Part shown: piece after piece, positions 42,509 to 52,878 of the stretch
Position numbering within the stretch: position 1 is the stretch's first letter
Layout of the letters: the number at the start of each line of letters is the position of its first letter
Source of the DNA: Clostridia bacterium
GTDB taxonomy: Bacteria; Bacillota; Clostridia; TANB77; CAG-465
Reading direction: 5' to 3'
Assembly: GCA_045536565.1 (NCBI GenBank)
Contig: JAZSNU010000011.1
Coordinates: 32,001-96,000, forward strand
DNA: 64,000 nucleotides
Notes under the pieces: generated by a model
Seen by the model: the letters and a program-made list of their open reading frames with translations, nothing else
Databases searched by the model: none
What the model was told of the DNA's origin: nothing
Translations under genes and position numbers: made by a program

Positions 42509-43156
42509 ATGAGTAAGGATAGAAAAGCATTGATAATAGTACTTGTTTGTATAATTTTGTTATTATCATTTGCTTTAATATATTTAAATACAGATTTGTT
42601 TAAGAAAACAGAAGTTGGAACGGTTATTGATAATAATGTATCACAAAATATTAGATTTTATAGAGATTATCCAGGTGTGAATGAGGAAAATGTATACTAT
42701 TATGCTACATATGATGAAATTATAGAAGTTCTAACAACTGGAACAGGTATCGTTTTCTTTGGTTTTCCTGCTTGTCCTTGGTGTCAGGCATACGCACCAG
42801 TTTTAGATGAAGTTGCAAGAGAAAGAGATGTAGAAAAAATTTATTACCTAGATATAAAGGAAATGAGAGAAAAAGATACCGATGAGTATAAAAAATTAGT
42901 TGAATTAACAGATGGATATCTAGAAAAAGATGAAAAAGGTAATAAAAGGATATATGTTCCGGATTCGTATTTTGTTAAAGAGGGTAAAATAGTTGGACAT
43001 AATAATAGCATGAGCATGTTATCAGGAGATAATGTAACAGAATACTTTGACGAGGAAAAAAGAAAAGAATTAAAAAATGAGCTTATAGAGTTAACAGAAA
43101 AAGTGTATGAACCTGTGTGCGATGATACTACTGTAAATGTATATGGTGGATGTTAA
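42509..43156 (+). CDS. Membrane-anchored thioredoxin-fold protein
   Basis: N-terminal TM, GFPACPWC, YVP..FVKEGKIV. Confidence 0.8.
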   Translation: MSKDRKALIIVLVCIILLLSFALIYLNTDLFKKTEVGTVIDNNVSQNIRFYRDYPGVNEENVYYYATYDEIIEVLTTGTGIVFFGFPACPWCQAYAPVLDEVARERDVEKIYYLDIKEMREKDTDEYKKLVELTDGYLEKDEKGNKRIYVPDSYFVKEGKIVGHNNSMSMLSGDNVTEYFDEEKRKELKNELIELTEKVYEPVCDDTTVNVYGGC

Positions 43157-43263
43157 TATTGTTTATTAAATAGTACAAATTTATTTAAGTTTGTACTATT
43201 TTTTGCATATTTAATTAAATTTGAGAATATATATTAAGTATATAAAACGAGGAGGATAAATAA

Positions 43264-43557
43264 ATGGAAGATAAAAAAATAACACAAACAAATAAAATAT
43301 TAAATCATAATATCGTAATGGAGAATAGAGAAAAAGTTATAATAACAGGAATTATAGATATTCATAGTTTTGATGATGAATTAGTTTTAACTGAAACTGA
43401 AATGGGCATACTAACAATCAAGGGAAGAGATTTAAAGATGAATAAACTAAATTTAGATAATACTGAATTAGTAGTAGAAGGTCAGATAGGAATGCTGCAA
43501 TATAACGATGTGGATAGTATGAAAAAAGGCGGAATGTTTAATAAAATATTTAAATAG
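43264..43557 (+). CDS. yabP: Sporulation protein YabP
   Basis: HNIVMENRE..ITGI.DI.SFD..TEMGILTIKG. Confidence 0.92.
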   Translation: MEDKKITQTNKILNHNIVMENREKVIITGIIDIHSFDDELVLTETEMGILTIKGRDLKMNKLNLDNTELVVEGQIGMLQYNDVDSMKKGGMFNKIFK

Positions 43558-43572
43558 TAAGGGCGAAATAAA

Positions 43573-44052
43573 ATGGAGTTAAAGGAAGAAACGGTAACTT
43601 TTTTTACATTTATAATAGTGGGAATAATTATTGGTATAGTATTTGATTTTTTTAGAGCGTTAAGGAGAGTAAAAAAATATAACGAAAAATATATATGTGT
43701 TCAAGACATATTGTTTTTTATAATAATAAGTATAGTTTTGATGAGTACTTTAATATATAAATTAGAGTATAGTTTAAGACTATATTTATTTTTCTCTCTG
43801 TTTTTGGGAATAGTAATATATATTTCTACGATAAGTTCATATGTAATGAAGATATATATATCGTTTATAAAAATATTTAGTAGTATAATTTGTTTTGTAT
43901 TAATGCCAATTAATATGTATAAACAATGTTTTATGACAATATATAACTTTTTAGTAAAAAAATCAAAAAAATGTTGCAATAAATTTCATAATATGATATC
44001 TTATTTGTATAAACAGTATAAATATAAATTACATAAGATAAAAATAAAATAA
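43573..44052 (+). CDS. yabQ: Spore cortex protein YabQ
   Basis: GI.FDFFR..R..QDILF; synteny yabP-yabQ-divIC. Confidence 0.85.
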   Translation: MELKEETVTFFTFIIVGIIIGIVFDFFRALRRVKKYNEKYICVQDILFFIIISIVLMSTLIYKLEYSLRLYLFFSLFLGIVIYISTISSYVMKIYISFIKIFSSIICFVLMPINMYKQCFMTIYNFLVKKSKKCCNKFHNMISYLYKQYKYKLHKIKIK

Positions 44053-44062
44053 GAGGGAAGAA

Positions 44063-44359
44063 ATGTATAAAGGAAAAAGTAAAAAATGTAAAAGAAAACT
44101 AAACTTTACAAGAATATTACTAATTGGTGGTTTGGCATATTTTACATCTATATTTTGTGTTCAACAGTTTAAAATAAATGAATATAAAGTTCAAGAAGAA
44201 TATTACAGTGAGGCTATATCAGAAATAGAACAAGAAAAAGCAGAATACCAAAATTTGGCTAGTCAGTCTGATACAGTAGAATATATAGAAAAAGTGGCAA
44301 GAGAAGAATTAGGACTAGTAAAACCATATGAAAAAATATTCATTGATGTGAATAAATAA
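44063..44359 (+). CDS. divIC: Septum formation initiator DivIC/FtsB
   Basis: TM, coiled coil, YIEKVAREELGLVKPYE. Confidence 0.88.
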   Translation: MYKGKSKKCKRKLNFTRILLIGGLAYFTSIFCVQQFKINEYKVQEEYYSEAISEIEQEKAEYQNLASQSDTVEYIEKVAREELGLVKPYEKIFIDVNK

Positions 44360-44410
44360 ATTATACTTAATAATTACCGTAATTAAAGGAGAAAGTTTTC
44401 ACTTTCTCCT

Positions 44411-45133
44411 TTATTCTATTTCTATAAGTTTTACAGTTACTTCATGACCGTCTGTACTTGCAGATATTTTTATATCATTTTCTCTATTATTTATAAATTT
44501 AAGGTTTGCACCACCATATAATACACTTGCATCTTTATCTTGCGGAACATAATATACGCGCCTGCTATGTGCATGCCTTTCTGTAATTTCTAGTCCTGCT
44601 ATGAGAGCTGAATTATATAGTGTACTGCTTATTTGACAAATTCCTCCGCCATATATTTTTATTTTCTTTCCATTTCCGTTAAATCCTGTTGCTTCTTCAT
44701 ATCCTTGCTCTTTCCCCATAGGTCCTATTGTATCATTAAAAGAAAACTCTTGTCCTTTTTCTACAATTGCTCCATCTAATTTATCAATTGCTAATGTTAT
44801 ATTGTGTATCCTAGATTCTTCTGTATCATATATTGTAGTTGTATAAGTAGCAATTTCTACTTCTTTCTGAGCATTTTGTATATTTATGTTTTCTGCGTTT
44901 TGATCAATAGTTATATCAATATCTCCTAAAATGTTTGTACTTTCATTTTCTTTATCATCACTAGCATTTTCATTATCCGCAACATTTATATATGAACTAG
45001 ATTCTTTTACTTTGTTATCTCTTAAAGTTTTTATCGGTGAATATGTGATTGAAATTATACCCCAAATTGTGCCACCAAGGATGGCTGTGATAAATAGAAT
45101 TAAAAGAATATTTTTTATTTTTTCTTCGTTCAT
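44411..45133 (-). CDS. VanW family protein
   Basis: FSFNDTIG, GGGICQISSTLYN, ERHAHS, DASV. Confidence 0.9.
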   Translation of the reverse strand: MNEEKIKNILLILFITAILGGTIWGIISITYSPIKTLRDNKVKESSSYINVADNENASDDKENESTNILGDIDITIDQNAENINIQNAQKEVEIATYTTTIYDTEESRIHNITLAIDKLDGAIVEKGQEFSFNDTIGPMGKEQGYEEATGFNGNGKKIKIYGGGICQISSTLYNSALIAGLEITERHAHSRRVYYVPQDKDASVLYGGANLKFINNRENDIKISASTDGHEVTVKLIEIE

Positions 45134-45247
45134 GATTTTCCTCCAAAATATATAAATATTCTGTGAATATATTTAATATATATACAAAGAAAAATAATAA
45201 AAAGACATTAATTGTTTTTTTAATTAATGTCTTATACATTTTTAAAA

Positions 45248-45478
45248 TTAACACTCATTCTTATTATTGCAAAAAAACAAAATAAAAATAATTATAACTA
45301 TTATAATAGGTAATATTCCAGAAAAATTAAAGCCAGTATGGCAATTATTGTTATTACCATAGTTGTTGCAAGAATTATTATTGTTATTACAATTATTTGT
45401 ATTCATGTAATCATTAAAATTTGAACAATTTTTGTTTTCATCTATTACACAATTATTTGAATTATTGTCATTAAACAT
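45248..45478 (-). CDS. Asn/Cys-rich small protein with a C-terminal TM (YjcZ/SscA-like architecture)
   Basis: Low-complexity N/C run then GFNFSGILPIIIVIIIFILFFC; GGAG RBS. Confidence 0.55.
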   Translation of the reverse strand: MFNDNNSNNCVIDENKNCSNFNDYMNTNNCNNNNNSCNNYGNNNNCHTGFNFSGILPIIIVIIIFILFFCNNKNEC

Positions 45479-45508
45479 ATTATCAACTCCTACTATCATA
45501 TATTAAAT

Positions 45509-46225
45509 TTATTTAATTTGTTTTTTATTAAAACAAAGATACCAATCCATACAATCATATTCCTTCATATGTTCTGCTTTTTCTAACATTTCAGCTTGAT
45601 TTTTTGGAGCAGGTGATATTGTAGGCATTCCAGGAATCCAATTGGCTGGTGTTGCTACCTTATTCACATCAGATTCTTGAAGTGCTTCAACCATTCTTAG
45701 TATTTCACCAATGTTTCTACCAAGGGATGCAGGGTATTGTAAAATTGCTCTGATTTTACCTTCTGGACAAATTATATATACACTTCTTACAGTTGATTCG
45801 TTGTTATTGTTCATCATGCCATATAATTTAGCAATTTTTGAATGTTTATCGTCTATTATTGGGAAAGGTACTTTTATACCGGTATTTTTGTAAATGTCAT
45901 ATACCCAAGAAAGATGTGAAGTCATATTATCAACTGAAAGTCCAAGTAATTCACAATTTCTTTTTTTAAATTCTGGATAATATTTACTAAATGATATAAA
46001 TTCGGTTGTGCATACAGGTGTGAAGTCTCCTGGATGACAAAAAAATACAAGCCATTTCCCTTTATAATCACTTAACTTACATTCACCAAATGTTGTATTT
46101 GCACTAAAATCTGGTGCTTTATTTTCGATCATTAAGCATTTTGAGTTACATTCGTTATATGTATAATTTTTATTATCTAGCATATTTGAGCAATATCTTG
46201 CGTTTTCATCGTTAATATAATCCAT
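45509..46225 (-). CDS. Peroxiredoxin (Prx6 type)
   Basis: HPGDFTPVCTTE, GRN..EILR, ATPANW, DWYLC; AGGAGGT RBS before ATG 46225. Confidence 0.92.
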   Translation of the reverse strand: MDYINDENARYCSNMLDNKNYTYNECNSKCLMIENKAPDFSANTTFGECKLSDYKGKWLVFFCHPGDFTPVCTTEFISFSKYYPEFKKRNCELLGLSVDNMTSHLSWVYDIYKNTGIKVPFPIIDDKHSKIAKLYGMMNNNNESTVRSVYIICPEGKIRAILQYPASLGRNIGEILRMVEALQESDVNKVATPANWIPGMPTISPAPKNQAEMLEKAEHMKEYDCMDWYLCFNKKQIK

Positions 46226-46495
46226 ATATTTACCTCCTAATATATGGTATACATTGGACAAAAAACATGTTACAAAAAAATAAAATATGGGAAAAAATTT
46301 GGCAACCAAATACATATTGATTGTTAGATGTATTTAAGAGTCAAAATGGTGAAAATTGTTTAATATGTTGTGAAAATACATAAAACTATTCTGAATAATA
46401 AATTATAATTTTAAAATAACATTTTTAATTGTTACAAACAATATAAAAAAATATTTCCTCTTTTTAATATACAATAATTTCAGGGAGAGGATAGT

Positions 46496-47122
46496 ATGGT
46501 AGAAAAAATTAGTAATAGTATTCTTAACATATTATCTGATAAAGATGATTCAGAGGAACAAAAAGAAATATTACTTTTTGGAATAACTAGGATAGTAGAA
46601 GATATACCTAAGTATATAGGTATGATTATAATTTGCTTGTTATTAGGAGTAATAAAAGAATTTGCCATTGTTATGGGTGTAACTATAATATATAAAACTT
46701 TTACTGGTGGGGTACACTTACATACAAATATTGGGTGCTTTATAGGGTCTCTTCTATCAGTTCTGTGTTGTATTTACTTACCAATTTTATTAATAGAATT
46801 TACCAATTTGATAATACCGTTTTATGTATTTGTATATATCTTCTCGATATATGTAATATTGGTTTATGTACCAGCGGATGTTCCTGAAATTCCTATAATA
46901 AATAAGGGAAGAAGAAAAAGGGATAAGATTATGTCTTTTATTATACTAAACTTATTATACATATTATGTTTGTTTGTTATAAAAAATCCAGTATATGTAG
47001 GTATAGTTTTGGTAACGATTTTAAATATAGACATAATGACAACTAGAACAATATATAAATTATTTAAAAATGAATATGGGTATGAAACATATGTCCCAGA
47101 TGAGCTATTAATGACAGAGTAA
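46496..47122 (+). CDS. agrB: Accessory gene regulator B (AIP-processing membrane peptidase)
   Basis: KTFTGGVH....GC catalytic His/Cys motif; YVPAD..P. Confidence 0.9.
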   Translation: MVEKISNSILNILSDKDDSEEQKEILLFGITRIVEDIPKYIGMIIICLLLGVIKEFAIVMGVTIIYKTFTGGVHLHTNIGCFIGSLLSVLCCIYLPILLIEFTNLIIPFYVFVYIFSIYVILVYVPADVPEIPIINKGRRKRDKIMSFIILNLLYILCLFVIKNPVYVGIVLVTILNIDIMTTRTIYKLFKNEYGYETYVPDELLMTE

Positions 47123-47190
47123 TTTTACTAACCATGGGGTAAGATTATCTGTTTTTAATATATATAAATGATTTTTAGGAGGTATTTTAT

Positions 47191-47304
47191 ATGAAATCAT
47201 TATTAAGAAAAATAGCAAAAACATATGCTAAATCAACAACTAATACTTGCTTAGCATGGATGTTCCACGCAAACAAAGCTCCAAGAACTTTAATAAAAAA
47301 ATAA
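47191..47304 (+). CDS. agrD: AgrD cyclic thiolactone autoinducer precursor (37 aa), absent from the ORF track
   Basis: MKSLLRKIAKTYAKSTTNTCLAWMFHANKAPRTLIKK; AGGAGGT RBS; directly after agrB. Confidence 0.88.
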   Translation: MKSLLRKIAKTYAKSTTNTCLAWMFHANKAPRTLIKK

Positions 47305-47327
47305 CAAGAATATATATTTAAAATATT

Positions 47328-47360
47328 AGCAAGCCTCTAAATTACACAAAGAGGCTTGCT
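47328..47360. terminator. Bidirectional terminator between agrD and agrC
   Basis: AGCAAGCCTCT...AGAGGCTTGCT. Confidence 0.7.
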
Positions 47361-47365
47361 TAATG

Positions 47366-48712
47366 TTATTTATCGAATGTTAATGTTTGTGTAAAGAACT
47401 TGGTATCATAGTCAACATTTGGAACAATATCACCTTTGTTGTTTTTCTTGAAGAATTTAAGAACTTCATATAGCCCAAAACCAGAAGGGTTTTCTTTTGT
47501 AGAATAGTCTTTTTCAAACATTTTAATTACATCTATTTTACTAGGATTTTTAACAGAATTACCTATTATGATAACATCTTGTTTTCTATTTTCATCATAA
47601 TACATTTCTAATTTTAGTTTTCTATCTTTGGATTCTAATGCTGCTTCAATTGCATTATCAAGCAATATACCAATTATTCTTGATAACTCGAAACTTGGAA
47701 AATTAATTTTTGCTACATCGCATGCTATATCAAGAGAAAGTGTTAGATTATTATCTCTTGCATAAAGCATTTTACTAACTACTACACCATATATAGCAGG
47801 GTCGTTAATTACCTTTGGTGATAATATTGATAGTAGGTTAATATCATTAAAACCATGTAATAGATTTTTACAATATGATTTTACACCATCAATATTTCCA
47901 ACAGCTAGGTAACCGTTTATCGATTGAACCATATTACCCATATCATGCTTAAAACCACGAATATTTTCATTTATTGTTGCTAATGCTTTATTATGGAGTT
48001 TTGTATTTTCTAATTCCAGTTCTGTATCTTTAAAAAGAGTCCTTTTTTCCATATACCAAAAAGAAAAAATAGAAACAACTAATAATTGAATTGTATTTAT
48101 AATTACAAAAGTAGCAGGATAATTATAATCATTTGAAAACATGAAGAACATTGTAGGCATTAATGTTAAAATAATTATAAGTCCTTCATATAATATAAAT
48201 TTATAGTTGATTTTTCTTGTTTTAACAAAAATTTTATTTAACTTATACCTAATTGCTTTATCTATGCAAAGAATAAAGATTCCATAAATTAGGCTAGTTA
48301 TAATGCTAATAGTATAATATATAAATTTATTATTAATAATACTATCCATAGAATCAACAAATACTGATAATATTATAACTGTTATCATATCAAATATAAA
48401 TGGTATAAAAACACCAATTACAGAGATTATTATGGATTTAATTATATTTGCATGAAATACAAAATGTGCTATAAGACAAGAGGTTATAATTATTATAGTA
48501 GGTTTTATAAAAGATACATCTATCAAATATGTATGTAGAAATGTTGCAAACAATGCAATTGGAAGCATATATAAAAAACTTACAAACAGTTTTTTATAAC
48601 GGTAAACTTCTTTACATATAATGTTTGCTAATACATAAATAGTATAAACTTGTGTAAATGATACTATAATTGTAGATATGATATACAATAAAATTTCTAA
48701 TAATTTTTCCAT
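47366..48712 (-). CDS. agrC: AgrC-like sensor histidine kinase
   Basis: About 6 TM segments, FKHD H-box, LLDNAIEAA, YSTK..GFGLY. Confidence 0.88.
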   Translation of the reverse strand: MEKLLEILLYIISTIIVSFTQVYTIYVLANIICKEVYRYKKLFVSFLYMLPIALFATFLHTYLIDVSFIKPTIIIITSCLIAHFVFHANIIKSIIISVIGVFIPFIFDMITVIILSVFVDSMDSIINNKFIYYTISIITSLIYGIFILCIDKAIRYKLNKIFVKTRKINYKFILYEGLIIILTLMPTMFFMFSNDYNYPATFVIINTIQLLVVSIFSFWYMEKRTLFKDTELELENTKLHNKALATINENIRGFKHDMGNMVQSINGYLAVGNIDGVKSYCKNLLHGFNDINLLSILSPKVINDPAIYGVVVSKMLYARDNNLTLSLDIACDVAKINFPSFELSRIIGILLDNAIEAALESKDRKLKLEMYYDENRKQDVIIIGNSVKNPSKIDVIKMFEKDYSTKENPSGFGLYEVLKFFKKNNKGDIVPNVDYDTKFFTQTLTFDK

Positions 48713-48733
48713 AATTTATAATTCCTTTCTATA

Positions 48734-49408
48734 TTAAGTTATATTTCCCATTGGACAAGAGATAGATTCGGTGAAAAACACTTTACTATCTAGTTTGTTA
48801 ACTTCTGTTATTGCTTCGGTATTAATAATATATGATCTATGATTTCTAATAAAAATATCATTAGGTAGTGTTTTATAAATATTATTAAGTGACATAGAGG
48901 ATTCATAAACACAGTTCCTAGCATGTATATAGGTTTTATTAAATTTTCTTTCAATAAAGAAAATATCATTTGCCCTAATAGATAGACCTCTTTTTATGTT
49001 TATAAATACTTTGTTTTCAGAAGATGAAAATTCTTCTTTAAACCTATTAAATATAGCTGTAAGTGCAGAAGTTGAAATAGGTTTAAGTAAATAATCAAAA
49101 GTTTTACATTTGAAAGATAATAATGAATATTCGTAATGTGCAGTAAGAAATACTAAATAGAAATTCTTGTTTATTTTTCTTAAATCTGTTGCAAATTCAA
49201 CACCATTTTTACCACCATTTTGAAAATCCACATCTAAAAATAATATATCTATATTGTTATTTTTAATTTCATCATAAATTATATTTTGGTTATCCGTTAC
49301 AGTTGTAATTTCAGCATCTATATCTAGTTCAATTATTATTGATTCCATAAGTTTTGCAATGTTTTCGATACTCTTTAAGTTATCATCACATAAAGCAATT
49401 TTTAACAT
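48734..49408 (-). CDS. agrA: AgrA-like LytTR response regulator
   Basis: CDD, FLDV, FLTAH, YLLKP receiver domain; FIRNHRSYIIN LytTR motif. Confidence 0.9.
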   Translation of the reverse strand: MLKIALCDDNLKSIENIAKLMESIIIELDIDAEITTVTDNQNIIYDEIKNNNIDILFLDVDFQNGGKNGVEFATDLRKINKNFYLVFLTAHYEYSLLSFKCKTFDYLLKPISTSALTAIFNRFKEEFSSSENKVFINIKRGLSIRANDIFFIERKFNKTYIHARNCVYESSMSLNNIYKTLPNDIFIRNHRSYIINTEAITEVNKLDSKVFFTESISCPMGNIT

Positions 49409-49579
49409 TAATTTTTACCTCTTTTTTCCAATTTTATATATTATATAATAATACAAAATTCTAGAAAAATCAACAATAAAATAGTAAACTGACAGTTGCT
49501 AAAATAACGCTGGGAGTAACAAAAAAACTTTCATAAAATTTAAAAAACAATAATAATATGTATATAGGAGGAATAGTAT

Positions 49580-49876
49580 ATGGCGTGGCTTAGAAACAAT
49601 ATAAAAGAGGTAAATGAGAAGATTAGAGATAAAATAAATAAGGTGTTAGAATTACCAACTGAAATGGTAGGTGATACGCTTAGAGTTATAACAATAAATA
49701 ATGAATATGTGCTAATCGAGGGAAAAAGTAAAGTAGCAGATTATTTTGATAATTATATAAAAATAAAAACAGAAAAATATACCATTGGTATTGATGGTAG
49801 TAATTTAATCATAAAAGAAATAAGTGATATTGATTTAATAATAAGTGGGGAAATAAACAACATTTCTTATGTGTAA
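49580..49876 (+). CDS. yqfC: YabP/YqfC family sporulation protein
   Basis: LELP.E..IEG..I.G.NL.I..I.ISG.I; upstream of yqfD. Confidence 0.82.
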   Translation: MAWLRNNIKEVNEKIRDKINKVLELPTEMVGDTLRVITINNEYVLIEGKSKVADYFDNYIKIKTEKYTIGIDGSNLIIKEISDIDLIISGEINNISYV

Positions 49877-49890
49877 TATGAGGAGATAAT

Positions 49891-51069
49891 ATGAAAATAA
49901 GTAAATTAACAGATAAATTTAAAAAAGGAACAATAATTGTAGAGGTAGAAGGATTTTTTGTTGAAAGGTTTTTAAATCTATGTAAGAATAACAATATAGA
50001 AATACATGATGTAAAATACATAACAGCAGGAATTATAACTTTTAGAATAAGCTCAAATAAGTTTACTCATATTAGAAAAATTGCAAATAAAACTAAATGT
50101 AAAGCAAAAATAAAAAAGAAAAAAGGTATATACTTTGTGCTATTTAGGTATAAAAAAAGAAGAATGTTTTTCTTTTTATTTTTACTAGTGATACTTGCTT
50201 TAATTACTTTATCTACATTTGTTTTAAAGATAAATATAACTGGAAATAGTAATGTAAGTAATAAAGAAATTTTAGACATCTTAAAAGAAGCAGATGTGTA
50301 TGTTGGTAAAAACCGTCTGTTTATAGATGAAAGAAAAGCAGGTAATATGTTAAGAACTAAACTTTATGACATAGCATGGGTAGGTATAGATATAAAAGGA
50401 ACAAATGTGAATGTTGAAATTGTCGAAAAAACACTAATAGAAGATGATGAAAATAAAAATGCGGTAGGTAATATAGTAGCAAATAAATCTGGTATTATAA
50501 CAAAAATAATTGCAGAAAATGGTACTCCTAGACTTCTTACTGGTAGTTATATTGAAAAGGGAATGACAGCAATTGAAGGTGTTATAGAAAGTGAATTGAT
50601 AGGAAATGTAAATGTAAAAGCAAGTGGAATACTAAGAGTGAAAAGTTCTCATACATTTGAAACTTATGAAAAATATGTTATAGAAGAAAAAGTATATACA
50701 AAGAAGAAAAAATATGGTGTAGGAATTAGTATTAATGATAAACAATTTACATTAAAATATTTGCCAAAAGAATATATTTATGATATAAATAAAAAAGAGA
50801 AAGAATTTAAAATATTTGGCACTTCTATTAAGATTATGCTATTTAAATATCCACAATATAATTTAGTGAAGAAAACTAGAACAATTGAGGGGTTACAAGA
50901 GATATGTAAAAATAAATATATAGAATATATTAATAGTATAATTGATATCGATATGTCTTTACTAAATGAAAAAGTTGAGGTTGTAAAACAAGACGATGGA
51001 ATAAAATATATAGTTACATATGATTTAGAGGAAGATGCAGGTAAATTTCAAAAAACAGGAGAAAAATAG
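49891..51069 (+). CDS. yqfD: Stage IV sporulation protein YqfD
   Basis: VEG..ERFLNLC, IAWVGI.IKGT, NIVANKSGII. Confidence 0.88.
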   Translation: MKISKLTDKFKKGTIIVEVEGFFVERFLNLCKNNNIEIHDVKYITAGIITFRISSNKFTHIRKIANKTKCKAKIKKKKGIYFVLFRYKKRRMFFFLFLLVILALITLSTFVLKINITGNSNVSNKEILDILKEADVYVGKNRLFIDERKAGNMLRTKLYDIAWVGIDIKGTNVNVEIVEKTLIEDDENKNAVGNIVANKSGIITKIIAENGTPRLLTGSYIEKGMTAIEGVIESELIGNVNVKASGILRVKSSHTFETYEKYVIEEKVYTKKKKYGVGISINDKQFTLKYLPKEYIYDINKKEKEFKIFGTSIKIMLFKYPQYNLVKKTRTIEGLQEICKNKYIEYINSIIDIDMSLLNEKVEVVKQDDGIKYIVTYDLEEDAGKFQKTGEK

Positions 51070-51566
51070 TGAATATAAACATTGATTTTTATACAGATTA
51101 TGAGGACGAAAATAAAGTAAAAGAGTATAATAAATTTTTAGAAGAATATAAAAATAAAATTGAAAAGATAGTAATAAGGGCATTTGAGTTAAACGGCATA
51201 TCATTAAACAATATATATATAGGTATAGGAATAGTAAAAAAAGAAACTATTCATGACATGAATAAAGAACATAGAAATGTAGATAGGGAGACAGATGTAC
51301 TATCTTTTCCAATGTATGAAAAGGAAGAACTAAATAAATTAAATAAAATACCAGAAAATGAAGAAATATCAATAGGTGACATAGTGTTATGTATGGATGT
51401 TATAGAAAAGCAAGCAGTAGAATATGAAACTGGTTTTAACAGAGAAATGTTATACATGATAACTCATGGTATATGTCATCTTTTAGGATATGATCATATT
51501 ATTGAAGAAGAAAAAAATGATATGAGAAAAATGGAAGAAATGATATTATTAGAAATAGGAGAATAA
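51069..51566 (+). CDS. ybeY: rRNA maturation RNase YbeY
   Basis: TDVLSFP, GDI, HGICHLLGYDH. Confidence 0.94.
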   Translation: MNINIDFYTDYEDENKVKEYNKFLEEYKNKIEKIVIRAFELNGISLNNIYIGIGIVKKETIHDMNKEHRNVDRETDVLSFPMYEKEELNKLNKIPENEEISIGDIVLCMDVIEKQAVEYETGFNREMLYMITHGICHLLGYDHIIEEEKNDMRKMEEMILLEIGE

Positions 51567-51570
51567 GAAA

Positions 51571-52350
51571 ATGAGTGAAGATTTAAAAGGAAATAATCTT
51601 GATGAAAATGTGGACAAGGTTACTAAAAATAAAACATGGTTTTCAGCGACTAAAAATGCTTTAAATGGAATTATACAAGCATTTAAAACAGAGAGAAATT
51701 TAAGAATTGACTATATACTAGGTGTACTAGTATTTTGTGCAAGTTTCTTCTTTGATTTTACAAAAACAGAGTTTGCAGCGCTTTGTCTTACAATCGGATT
51801 TGTAATATTTGCAGAAATGATAAATTCGACAGTTGAATATATGGTAGATTTAATTACAGAAAAATATGATGAAAGAGCAAAAGCTGCAAAAGATATTGCA
51901 GCAGGTGGTGTACTTATAGCAGCTACAGTTGCGGTACTTAATGCATATTTCTTATTCATTGACAAGATTAAGGATGCATCAACAATAATGCTTGAAAGAA
52001 TATTAAGTTCAAATACTCATACATTAGTTGCTATATTATTTGTAGTGGTACTTTTTGTAGTTATATTAAAAGGAATTTTTAGTAAGGATAGAAATCATGT
52101 AAAAAGTTTTCCAAGTGCAAGGATAGTAATAAGTTATGGACTAGCAACATATCTATTAATAATAACACAGAATTTAATTGTAGGAGCAGTATCATTTGTA
52201 TTATGCTTTATGATAAGTCAGTTAAAAAGAGAAAATGATAAAATTACAACCTCATATGTAATACTTAGCGCACTTCTTGGAATACTATTAGTACTAATTG
52301 TATATCAAATAACATTAATAAATCCTGTGCTTACAGAGGTGATGAAGTAA
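51571..52350 (+). CDS. dgkA: Diacylglycerol/undecaprenol kinase with a degenerate PAP2-like C-terminal domain
   Basis: ERNL, AEMINSTVEYMVD, AKDIAAGGV; FPSAR in the C-terminal TM domain. Confidence 0.85.
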   Translation: MSEDLKGNNLDENVDKVTKNKTWFSATKNALNGIIQAFKTERNLRIDYILGVLVFCASFFFDFTKTEFAALCLTIGFVIFAEMINSTVEYMVDLITEKYDERAKAAKDIAAGGVLIAATVAVLNAYFLFIDKIKDASTIMLERILSSNTHTLVAILFVVVLFVVILKGIFSKDRNHVKSFPSARIVISYGLATYLLIITQNLIVGAVSFVLCFMISQLKRENDKITTSYVILSALLGILLVLIVYQITLINPVLTEVMK

Positions 52351-52404
52351 AATAAAGTGTACGAAATAATCGTACAGTTGAGATAATTAAATTGGAGGTA
52401 ACAA

Positions 52405-52842
52405 ATGACAAATGAAGAGTTAATAAAAATAGCGGAAGATACAAGGAAATATTCAAGGTGTAAGTATACTAAATATTCAGTAGGTGCAGCACTTGTTGGA
52501 AAATCTGGAAAGATATATACAGGTTGCAATATTGAGCATAGTATTAGTGGCCTTGCATCATGTGCAGAAAGAGTTGCATTCATGAAGGCTATATCAGAAG
52601 GAGAGTCTGAATTTGAGAAAATAGCTGTTGTTGGAGGTTACCATGGCAAAGACTGTGAACCAATGTTAATTCCGTGTATGGTGTGTGTTCAGTATATGCT
52701 TGATTTTGTAGATGATATTAAAGTTGTTTGTTACATAGACTCAAAAATAGAAGAAATGCATTTAACAGATCCAAGATTACTTAGCTTAAATGTTAATAGA
52801 AAAGTAAAAATGAAAAAGTTTGATAAAAAGGAAAATGAGTAA
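52405..52842 (+). CDS. cdd: Cytidine deaminase
   Basis: VGAAL, GCNIE, CAER, PCxxC; synteny after dgkA. Confidence 0.88.
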   Translation: MTNEELIKIAEDTRKYSRCKYTKYSVGAALVGKSGKIYTGCNIEHSISGLASCAERVAFMKAISEGESEFEKIAVVGGYHGKDCEPMLIPCMVCVQYMLDFVDDIKVVCYIDSKIEEMHLTDPRLLSLNVNRKVKMKKFDKKENE

Positions 52843-52878
52843 ATAGACAAAATATATATCACTCAGTACATTCATAAA

